Origin: Propionibacteriaceae bacterium
GTDB taxonomy: Bacteria; Actinomycetota; Actinomycetes; Propionibacteriales; Propionibacteriaceae
Length of the DNA stretch: 40,526 bases
Reading direction: 5' to 3'
Assembly (NCBI GenBank): GCA_035416185.1
Contig: DAOOHL010000001.1
Span: 1-40,526 of the forward strand
The notes below the pieces were generated by a model that saw only the letters and a program-made list of their open reading frames with translations, searched no databases and was not told the DNA's origin. Below, piece after piece: positions 27,641 to 34,892 of the stretch; within the stretch, counting starts at the first letter, position 1; each line of letters opens with the position of its first letter. The translations under genes were made by a program, and so were the position numbers.

Positions 27641-28801
27641 ATGGTCGACGTGGGTCCCGGCAGTCTGGGGCAGCCGCCCCGTGACTGGGCGACCCCCCTG
27701 TGGACTCCAGACGTCTCTGCCCGACATGCCGCGAGCGCTGCTCATGTGCCACCTGCAGTTGTGAGCCAACCCGCCGTGCCCGGCCAACCCGGCCAACTCG
27801 ACGCTCCTGGCAGCTGGATCGGCCAGGAGCGGCCTGACTTCGTCGCTCCTCGGCGTGCCGTCGCTCTTTCGTTGCGCGCACCCATCCCGGCGATTCGAGC
27901 GCGCCCAACCCAGCCGAGGCCACGGCTCACGCTCGGGCAAGGCGTCGCGGGTCTGGTGGGCGCGGCGGTCGTCGTTCTCTCGATCGTGCTGGTGTCGGCG
28001 GTAGCGCCGTTCGCACCGCAGCCGCGAGTCGTCGCCCCAGCGTCCCAGGCCAGCCATGTGCCGGCCGTGCCGGAGCCTCGAGCACGGCCCATTCCGACCC
28101 CGACTCCCACACCCACGCCGACCTCCACACCCACGCCCATGCGAGCGCCGGTCATCGGCGAGAAGTTGTACCCGCTCACACTGTCGGGCACCTGCTCGAA
28201 GCCAGCCAAGGACACCACCTGGGCGGGTGTCCAGAAGTCGATCCAGATCCAGGCAGCCTGTCTTGACGCGATGTGGCAGCCGGTGGTCGAGGCGGCGGGC
28301 GCGACGTGGCGCAAGCCTGTGCTCCTCTTCTACTCCGACCCGATCAGGAGGTCCCCTTGCGGACCCTCCCCGGACAAGGACAAGGCCCCAGCGCACTACT
28401 GCGCAGGAAACCAGACCATCTACATCTCCGACGCTGTCACCGATCCGGTCGTGCGCTATCGGATGCTCGGCTTCGAGGTGATCGCCCACGAGTACACCCA
28501 CCACGTTCAGGAGCTGACCGGCATCCTGACCGCCGCATCAGCGCAGGGCCGAGGCGACCTCACCACCCGCCGGATCGAGCTCCAGGCCCACTGCATGGCC
28601 TACGTCGCGATGCAGGCGATGGACGGTCTGGCCGTGACCGCGCGGGAGTGGGACCAGCTGCGGTCGAGCTGGAACTACTCGGGCGACCCCGCAGGGCACG
28701 GCTCGGCGGAGGCGCAGCTGTACTGGGGCTCCCGGGCGCTGAAGGCCACCAGCCTGGCCGCCTGTGACACCTTCAGCGTCAGCGAGGACCTGGTCACCTG
28801 A
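27641..28801 (+). CDS. Membrane-anchored putative neutral Zn-metallopeptidase (YpfJ-like), paralogue 1
   Basis: It has an N-terminal Pro-rich cytoplasmic region, the TM segment GLVGAAVVVLSIVLVSAV and a PT-repeat linker. The ectodomain carries HYCAGNQTIYIS and the HExxH-type motif AHEYTHHVQ, plus six Cys residues. The ATG at 27641 is preceded by gagaggg. Confidence 0.7.
   Translation: MVDVGPGSLGQPPRDWATPLWTPDVSARHAASAAHVPPAVVSQPAVPGQPGQLDAPGSWIGQERPDFVAPRRAVALSLRAPIPAIRARPTQPRPRLTLGQGVAGLVGAAVVVLSIVLVSAVAPFAPQPRVVAPASQASHVPAVPEPRARPIPTPTPTPTPTSTPTPMRAPVIGEKLYPLTLSGTCSKPAKDTTWAGVQKSIQIQAACLDAMWQPVVEAAGATWRKPVLLFYSDPIRRSPCGPSPDKDKAPAHYCAGNQTIYISDAVTDPVVRYRMLGFEVIAHEYTHHVQELTGILTAASAQGRGDLTTRRIELQAHCMAYVAMQAMDGLAVTAREWDQLRSSWNYSGDPAGHGSAEAQLYWGSRALKATSLAACDTFSVSEDLVT
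28088..28138 (+). repeat. Coding (Pro-Thr)n low-complexity repeat
   Basis: It encodes PIPTPTPTPTPTSTPTP as iterated ccN-acN codons inside CDS 27641..28801. Confidence 0.6.
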
Positions 28802-28816
28802 GGCAGCCGTACGATC

Positions 28817-29722
28817 GTGGACATGTCCGCGATGCCCCCGCCTCGGCCACCCGCCCATCTGCCCCAGCGGCCCGCGCCAAGGCCGTCGTCGCCAGCAGCG
28901 ATCATCTTGATCGTGGTGGTGGTGGCGGTGCTGCTGGTCATGATCACGGCGGGATTCTTCGCCGTACGGTGGCTGTCGGCGAGCGCCCAGCCGTCAGTGG
29001 TGGCTGGTCCCAGCAGCGTGGCGATGCCCTCGTTCTCCCAGGCGCCCACCACTCCGCGGCCGTCCACCACGACGAGGGCTGACGCGATCCCCATCGTCTA
29101 CGCCGCATCGCTGTCGGCCACCTGCAAGCCGATCGCGGCTGCAACCGACTGGGCGAGCACCCAGGCCGTCTTCTCAGCGCAGCAGGCCTGCCTCGACGCG
29201 CAGTGGACAGAGGTGTTCGCCAAGGCCGGCCGCACGTTCGCGCCACCCCAAGTGAAGTTCGTCACCCAGAACCCCACCACGCGCTGCGTGGGCGACCCGC
29301 CCGACCCGAAGGTCTACCCGGCCTACTACTGCGCGGACGACACCTTCACGATCTACATCTGGGACACCATCACGCCGGCGGTCGTGGCCACCAGGGCTGA
29401 GGCCTTCGTCACCTTGTCACACGAGTACGCCCACCACGTGCAGTACCTGATCAGCGCCAGAGAAGGGGCTACGGGTGACAAGGAGGAACTGACCCGGCGC
29501 TCAGAGCTCCAGGCCCAATGCCTGTCGATGTACCAGTTCGCCACCACCAAGGGCCTCGGCACAGCTCCTGCCGACCTTGACCGGATGAAGCAGGGCTGGG
29601 GCCGGGATACCCCGCACCATGGCTCGGCAGCCTCCCGTCTGCTGTGGAACCAGACCGGCCTGGCCGGCACCAAGATCGGGGACTGCAACACGTGGGCAGC
29701 CCCCGCCGACAAGGTGAGCTGA
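28817..29722 (+). CDS. Membrane-anchored putative neutral Zn-metallopeptidase (YpfJ-like), paralogue 2
   Basis: It has a Pro-rich N-terminus and the TM segment AAIILIVVVVAVLLVMITAGFF. The ectodomain is collinear with paralogue 1 (TCKP..ACLDAQW..YYCADDTFTIYIW..SHEYAHHVQ..LQAQC..GDCNTW). It starts at GTG 28817 or ATG 28823. Confidence 0.7.
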   Translation: MDMSAMPPPRPPAHLPQRPAPRPSSPAAIILIVVVVAVLLVMITAGFFAVRWLSASAQPSVVAGPSSVAMPSFSQAPTTPRPSTTTRADAIPIVYAASLSATCKPIAAATDWASTQAVFSAQQACLDAQWTEVFAKAGRTFAPPQVKFVTQNPTTRCVGDPPDPKVYPAYYCADDTFTIYIWDTITPAVVATRAEAFVTLSHEYAHHVQYLISAREGATGDKEELTRRSELQAQCLSMYQFATTKGLGTAPADLDRMKQGWGRDTPHHGSAASRLLWNQTGLAGTKIGDCNTWAAPADKVS

Positions 29723-29731
29723 GCGGGCCAG

Positions 29732-31504
29732 CTACCGGTCCTGGCTGAAGATCAACATCGAGTACGGGGCGACGTTGACGGTCGCCGAGTGCTCGAGGCC
29801 GTCCTGGCCAGCGCCGGTGGCATCGGCGTCGAACGAGTCGTGGTCCCCGAACAGGGACGAGTAGATCGTGGCGTCCGAGCTGAACCGGAGCTTCCACAGG
29901 CCGTACGACGGGAACCCGATCCGGTAGTTGTCACGTGCCTCGTGGGAGAGATTGGCCACGATCACCACGTCGTCGCCCGCGCCATGCTCGGCCCATCGCT
30001 GCCACGCGATCACCTTGGCGTTCTCATGGGTGTGGAAGACGTTGAGGCCGTGGCCAGACAACCCCTTCGTCGTATCGAACCAGTTGCGCCGCAGCCGGAT
30101 CAGGTCGCGGTAGAGCCGGGCGATGCCCTGGAAGTTCTCCGCCTTGCTCCAGTCGAGTGGCACGTCGTCGCGGAACCAGCCACCCTCGAGGAACTCCTGT
30201 CCCTGGAACAGCATCGGGATGCCGGGGGAGGCCAGCATGATCCCGGCGCCCAAGGTGGAGCGCTTCTGGGCGGCCCATCCGGTCGCGTTGCCCGGCTCTA
30301 TCTCCTCTGGGACTCGAGCTCGACCGTTGGCGACCTCGTCGTGCGACTCGGTGTAGATCACCCGGGAGTAGGTGTCGCCGTACGACGACCCGATCGCATC
30401 GCGCAACTCGGCCATCGACCGGTTGGCATCGTCAGGGGTCTCCAGCACCTCTCGTACGGGGTGGACGAACAGCGCGTCCCACTGCGCGTGGAACGAGGCG
30501 CCGTCATCGGCGGTCGACGTGACGCTGGCGTGGCCATGCATGTCCTCGGCGATGGTGATCGCGCGGGGGAACTCCTGCCGTACGTCGACGTTGATCCAGC
30601 GCATCATGCTCCAGCCCTCAGGCAGGTCGAAGCCGGTGCCGGAGGCGGAACGGATGTAGGGGATCATGTCGTAGCGCAGCCCGTTGACGTGGAAGTCGCG
30701 CAGCCACGACAGGGCGTTGTCGTGCAGGAACTGCCGTACCTCGCCAGTGCCGTAGTTGGGGCGGGTCGAGCCCCACGGGGTGTGGGCGCGGTCGTCGTTG
30801 TAGAAGTAGATGCCACCGAGCCCGTTCTCGCTCCAGCCGTCGAACGTCCACAGGTCGAGGTCGGACGGGCCCAGGTGGTTGTAGACCACGTCCATGATCA
30901 CGGCGATCCCGCGGCGGTGGCACTCCTTCACGAAGTCCTTCAGGGCGTCCGGGCCGCCGTACGCCGTCTCGACGGCGAAGATGTGGGCTGGGTTGTAGCC
31001 CCATGAATGGTCGCCAGCGAACTCGGCCACCGGCATCAGCTGCACGGCGTTGATTCCGAGTTCCTGCAGATGGTCGAGGCTGCCGGTCAGCCCCTCGAAC
31101 GTACCCACACCTTCACCCGAGGTGAACGACCCGACATGGGTCTCGTAGATCACGAGCTCGTTGTGCGGGGGGCAGACGAAGGAGTCGCCCTCCCAGTCGT
31201 AGGCGGCATGGTCATAGATGACGGCGTTTCCGACGGAGTTGGTGACCTGCCGGGCGTACGGGTCCATCCGGTCGAAACCGTTCTCCCCATTGGTCAGGTG
31301 GAACTTGTACTGCTGACCCACCTGGGCGCCCTCGACGAACCCGTACCAGAAGCCGTTGAACTCCGTACCGAGCGGGTTGGCGTCCTCCGACCAGTCGTTG
31401 AACTCGCCCTTCACGGAGACGCTGGTGGCGTTCGGGGCCCAGACTCGGAAGGCCACCCCGGTGTCGGTGATGATCGCGCCCATGCCACCGATGTTCTCCG
31501 TCAC
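29732..31504 (-). CDS. GH13 alpha-glucan branching-enzyme-like protein (CBM48 plus (beta/alpha)8 catalytic domain)
   Basis: FRVWAPNATSVSVKGEFNDWS is a branching-enzyme-type N-terminus. The GH13 regions are DVVYNHLGP, VNGLRYDMI, ITIAEDMHG and YTESHDEV. I place the start at GTG 31504, preceded by gagggga. An alternative is ATG 31483. Confidence 0.85.
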   Translation of the reverse strand: MTENIGGMGAIITDTGVAFRVWAPNATSVSVKGEFNDWSEDANPLGTEFNGFWYGFVEGAQVGQQYKFHLTNGENGFDRMDPYARQVTNSVGNAVIYDHAAYDWEGDSFVCPPHNELVIYETHVGSFTSGEGVGTFEGLTGSLDHLQELGINAVQLMPVAEFAGDHSWGYNPAHIFAVETAYGGPDALKDFVKECHRRGIAVIMDVVYNHLGPSDLDLWTFDGWSENGLGGIYFYNDDRAHTPWGSTRPNYGTGEVRQFLHDNALSWLRDFHVNGLRYDMIPYIRSASGTGFDLPEGWSMMRWINVDVRQEFPRAITIAEDMHGHASVTSTADDGASFHAQWDALFVHPVREVLETPDDANRSMAELRDAIGSSYGDTYSRVIYTESHDEVANGRARVPEEIEPGNATGWAAQKRSTLGAGIMLASPGIPMLFQGQEFLEGGWFRDDVPLDWSKAENFQGIARLYRDLIRLRRNWFDTTKGLSGHGLNVFHTHENAKVIAWQRWAEHGAGDDVVIVANLSHEARDNYRIGFPSYGLWKLRFSSDATIYSSLFGDHDSFDADATGAGQDGLEHSATVNVAPYSMLIFSQDR

Positions 31505-31594
31505 GCCTGTCCCCTCTGTGGTTGTCCTCGCCCGCTGCGTCGTGAACTGCCCTGCGAACCTAGCACCGGCAGCGGTCTGTGTCAGGATCGTGGG

Positions 31595-32230
31595 GTGCCT
31601 GCTCCTCTCGTTCTCCTGCACGGTTCTGGTCAGCGTCCGCCCGTCTGGCAGGACGTCGTCACCGACCTCGGCGCTGACCGGCCGATGATCGCGCCCTGGC
31701 TGAAAGGGCTGAAGCCGGGCGACCGGATCTCCTTCGACCTGGCGACCGCGGCCGCGACCGTGGCCTCTGAGCTGGAGCTTCGCGGGGCTCCGCAGGCTGA
31801 TGTGTGCGGGCTGAACCTCGGCGCCCTCGTGGCGCTGCGGATGGCCGTCTCCTTCCCGGGCCAGGTGCGCCGACTGGTCGTGGTGTCTGGCTTCGTCGTG
31901 CCGCCGAAGGCCGCGCTCAAGGTGCAGCGCACGATGCTGAAGCTCGTTCCCGAGCGGCGGCTGCTGGCCTCAGGGGTGCCGAAGAAGCAGATGATCGAGG
32001 GTCTGGACGCCATGATCGCGTCCGACATGTCGACGACCCTCGCCGACGTCCGCGTCCCGGTGCTGGTGGTGGCCGGGGCAGACGACCCGGCCGGTGCCGC
32101 GAACGCCGAGCAACTGCGGTCTGGGCTGCCCGACGCCCGCGTGGTGACGATCTCTGGTGCCGGGGCAGACGTCGTACGGGACCAGCCCGCCGCCCTTGCC
32201 GCGGCGATGCGGGAGTTCCTCGACGCCTGA
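31595..32230 (+). CDS. Alpha/beta-hydrolase-fold protein with a degenerate catalytic triad
   Basis: LVLLHGSGQRPPVW is the oxyanion region. The nucleophile elbow reads GLNLG instead of GxSxG. The C-terminal GAGADVVRDQP lacks the usual His. It starts at GTG 31595, preceded by agga. The tracked 407-aa ORF is mostly antisense to the GH13 gene. Confidence 0.65.
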   Translation: MPAPLVLLHGSGQRPPVWQDVVTDLGADRPMIAPWLKGLKPGDRISFDLATAAATVASELELRGAPQADVCGLNLGALVALRMAVSFPGQVRRLVVVSGFVVPPKAALKVQRTMLKLVPERRLLASGVPKKQMIEGLDAMIASDMSTTLADVRVPVLVVAGADDPAGAANAEQLRSGLPDARVVTISGAGADVVRDQPAALAAAMREFLDA

Positions 32231-32236
32231 CCCGGT

Positions 32237-33088
32237 CTACTTGAACGACGCGTAGAGCTGGTCGGTCGCCACTGACAGGTTGGCCGGGGTGTCGTCGCCG
32301 ATCACCATCAGGAACCCGTCCTTCATCACACGACCGCAGCCGGATCCGCTGGCGGCAGCGCCCGCGGGTGGTGTACCGCAGATGTTGCTGCCGACCGGCT
32401 TCCAGTCAGGCAGAGCCTTCGCGACGTCAGTGGTGTTGTCGAACAGGATCACGATCAGCGGCTTGCCGTTGGCCGTGTAGACAGCGGTCGCTGCGACGCC
32501 GGTGCTGGGCTTGTCCTGCGAGGAGAGCTTCGTGTACGAACCGACCTTGTCAGGCATGGTCTGGCCCTGGACCGACTTCGTCCCTGCCGCAACGGTGGCG
32601 GTCGTGCTCGCTGGCCGGCTGGTGGCTGAGGTGCTGGCCGGACGGGTGACCGGGGTCGTGGAACTGGTGGTGGCCCGCGTGACGGGTGCCGACGAGACCC
32701 GTGCGGGCGAGGTCGTCGTCGTGCCCGACGAAAGAGCGGCCAGCAGCCCGCCAGCGAAGACAGCGATCAGCGCGACGATGCCGATGATGATCACCATCGC
32801 CACGGCGGCGATGATCAGGCAGACCTTGCCGGTGTTCGGCCCCGAGCTCGGCGGCGGGGCGGAGAACGCGGGCCGCTGACCAGCACCCGGCGCGTTGAAG
32901 CCGCCCTGGGGTGGGTAGCCGGGGTTCTGGGGTGGGTAGCCAGGCCCCTGGGGCGGGTAGCCGGGCTGCTGCTGGGGGTAGGTCGGTCCTTGCGGGGGGT
33001 AGCCCGCACTCTGCGGGTAGCCGGGGGCCTGTGGTGGCTGGCCAGGGTTGCCTTGCTGCGGGTTCCATCCCTGGGGTGGCTGAGTCAT
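32237..33088 (-). CDS. Membrane protein with a Pro/Gln/Gly/Tyr-repeat N-terminus, one TM, a Ser/Thr linker and an unknown ectodomain
   Basis: The N-terminus is MTQPPQGWNPQQGNPGQPPQAPGYPQSAGYPPQGPTYPQQQPGYPPQGPGYPPQNPGYPPQGG. It is followed by the TM segment VCLIIAAVAMVIIIGIVALIAVFAGGLLAAL and T/S-rich repeats (TTSSTTPVTRPASTSATSRPASTT). Confidence 0.6.
   Translation of the reverse strand: MTQPPQGWNPQQGNPGQPPQAPGYPQSAGYPPQGPTYPQQQPGYPPQGPGYPPQNPGYPPQGGFNAPGAGQRPAFSAPPPSSGPNTGKVCLIIAAVAMVIIIGIVALIAVFAGGLLAALSSGTTTTSPARVSSAPVTRATTSSTTPVTRPASTSATSRPASTTATVAAGTKSVQGQTMPDKVGSYTKLSSQDKPSTGVAATAVYTANGKPLIVILFDNTTDVAKALPDWKPVGSNICGTPPAGAAASGSGCGRVMKDGFLMVIGDDTPANLSVATDQLYASFK
32878..33070 (-). repeat. 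Degenerate tandem coding repeats (GYPPQ-type units)
   Basis: The + strand shows iterated ggggtgggtagccgggg / ggggcgggtagccgggc / gggggtagcccgc units, matching the repeated G-Y-P-P-Q peptide motif. Confidence 0.5.
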
Positions 33089-33174
33089 GCTCGCAGGCTA
33101 GTGCGGCGCGGGGCCGAGCGGGGCAGCGGATGGTTAGGGTGGGACAGCAAGTCGTCATTCGAGGAGGTACGCCG

Positions 33175-33495
33175 ATGCCACGGGTCGGGTTCATCAGCCG
33201 GGTAGCCCCGGAACATCTTGAGGAGTACACCGCCCGCCACCGTGAGGTCTGGCCCGACATGCAGGACGCGCTGCGCCGGACAGGGTGGAGCAAATACTCG
33301 CTCTTCCTCGCACCCGACGGCACGCTGTTCGGGTACGTCGAGGTGCCCGACTCGCTCGAGGAGGCGACCGCGCGGATGCAGCTCGAGGAGGTCAACGCGC
33401 GGTGGCAGGCCTCGGTGGCGCATCTGTTCGACACGGGCGAGAAGACAGGTGACGAGTCGCTTGTCTCCCTCGAGGAGGTCTTCCATCTCGACTGA
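33175..33495 (+). CDS. rhaM: L-rhamnose mutarotase
   Basis: It is 106 aa. The pattern PEHLEEYTARHREVWPDMQDALRRTGWSKYSLFLAPDGTLFGYVEV is typical of RhaM. The ATG at 33175 is preceded by gaggagg. Confidence 0.8.
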   Translation: MPRVGFISRVAPEHLEEYTARHREVWPDMQDALRRTGWSKYSLFLAPDGTLFGYVEVPDSLEEATARMQLEEVNARWQASVAHLFDTGEKTGDESLVSLEEVFHLD

Positions 33496-33651
33496 CGAGG
33501 GTCCGACCTCGTGATCACCGACGCCCGTGCGATCTGGCTGACACCTGCCCTGATCGCCTGGCCCGGTGACGTGCACGGCGCCAGCTAGGAGCTGTGGGCA
33601 GCGCCGGCAGGTAGTCGGCGGGCTTGGCCGCGAGGCCCGTAGGCTGGCGAG

Positions 33652-34470
33652 TCAGTGGCCGGTCTGGTCCGAGTCCACGCCAGCCCCTGGACCCTCGTCT
33701 AACTGGGCCAGCAGGGCAAGGTCGGCGGGGTCGAGCACGAACCGGAAGACGTCGAGGTTCGCGCGCAGCCGTTCGCGTGACGATGACTTCGGGATCACCA
33801 CGAGCCCCTGCTGCACATGCCACCGGACGATCACCTGAGCGGGGGTCACCGCATGCTTGGCCGCCACGTGGGCGACCCGGTCGTCCTCGAGGACCCCCTT
33901 GCCAAGGGGTGACCACGACGTGGTGACGATCCCATGCGCAGCGTCGTACGCGCGGTGGTCGGCCCTCGTGATCCGCGGGCTCAGCTCGATCTGGTTCACC
34001 GCCGGAGTGACACCTGACTCCGCGATCAACCGATCCAGGTGGGCCGGCTTGTAGTTGGAGACGCCAATCGAGCGGACGAGGCCCTCGCTGACGAACCCGA
34101 TCATCGCCTGCCACGTATCAAGGTGGAGCCCCCGGGCGGGAAGGGGCCAGTGGATCAGGAGCAGGTCGATGTAGCTGACGCCCAGCCGTTCCAGGCAGCC
34201 CTCCACCCCCTCGCGTGCCTTCGGCCCCAGGTAGTCCCCGTCGATCTTGGTGGTGATGAACACCTCGGCGCGGGGCACCCCGGAGCCTCTGACACCGGCG
34301 CCCACGCCCTTCTCGTTGCCGTACTTGTAAGCGGTGTCGACGTGGCGGTACCCGGCCTGGAGTGCGTCAGCGATCACGGCGGTCGCCTCGGCGTCGTCCA
34401 TGGGGTACGTGCCGAGCCCGATCTGGGGGATCGTGTGTCCGTCGTTGAGCCTGAGAGTGGGAGCGGTCAT
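33652..34470 (-). CDS. Aldo/keto reductase (2,5-diketo-D-gluconate reductase-like)
   Basis: It has LNDGHTIPQIGLGTY, GYRHVDTAYKYGNE, LLIHWP and IGVSNY. Confidence 0.9.
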   Translation of the reverse strand: MTAPTLRLNDGHTIPQIGLGTYPMDDAEATAVIADALQAGYRHVDTAYKYGNEKGVGAGVRGSGVPRAEVFITTKIDGDYLGPKAREGVEGCLERLGVSYIDLLLIHWPLPARGLHLDTWQAMIGFVSEGLVRSIGVSNYKPAHLDRLIAESGVTPAVNQIELSPRITRADHRAYDAAHGIVTTSWSPLGKGVLEDDRVAHVAAKHAVTPAQVIVRWHVQQGLVVIPKSSSRERLRANLDVFRFVLDPADLALLAQLDEGPGAGVDSDQTGH

Positions 34471-34589
34471 GGTCCATTGTCCCCCTGCCAGCGTTCCGGC
34501 AGATGCGCAACGAGGGAGACGTAGGGTGCGGCCCTGGCGGCATGGGAGCGCACGTACCGGATGGTCGGCGCCGAACGGGTGGAGGGGTC

Positions 34590-34892
34590 GTGGCGACCGG
34601 TGTTCATCACAACGTGAACTACTACCTCACCGACCTTCTGGTCTATGCCGACGGCATGGTCGACTGCTGGGGGTGGGTCACGCAGGAGCAGTTCCGCGGA
34701 AAGGTGGAGTCTGGCTGGGTGACGACGACGCTGCCGCCCGGGGAGCCGGTGTCGGCTGACCTATCCCTACGAGCGGCCCGCTGCCAGCTGTCAGGTCCCG
34801 GGCGACGTGTCGGACGGTGCGCCTTCGTCACGGACGGCTGCGCGACGCCCACGAACGGTGAAGGCGAGGGCCGCGACGGGCAGCAGGAGTGA
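34590..34892 (+). CDS. Possible small hypothetical protein (low confidence)
   Basis: The GTG at 34590 lies just after ggagggg. The first ~55 codons (VATGVHHNVNYYLTDLLVYADGMVDCWGWVTQEQFRGKVESGWVTTTLPPGEPVSAD) have high GC3 and a globular-looking sequence. The tail overlaps the convergent MFS 3' end by 102 nt and looks less protein-like. Confidence 0.3.
   Translation: MATGVHHNVNYYLTDLLVYADGMVDCWGWVTQEQFRGKVESGWVTTTLPPGEPVSADLSLRAARCQLSGPGRRVGRCAFVTDGCATPTNGEGEGRDGQQE

Noticed and set aside
28088-28138. Short tandem nucleotide repeats that could be mistaken for a CRISPR or VNTR array.
   Set aside because: They are in-frame ccN-acN codons encoding a (Pro-Thr)n linker inside a CDS. There is no spacer-repeat architecture.
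33495-33512. The hairpin ACGAGG-gtccga-CCTCGT right after the rhaM stop, considered as a terminator.
   Set aside because: The stem is only 6 bp and has no U-tract. It is too weak to call as a feature.
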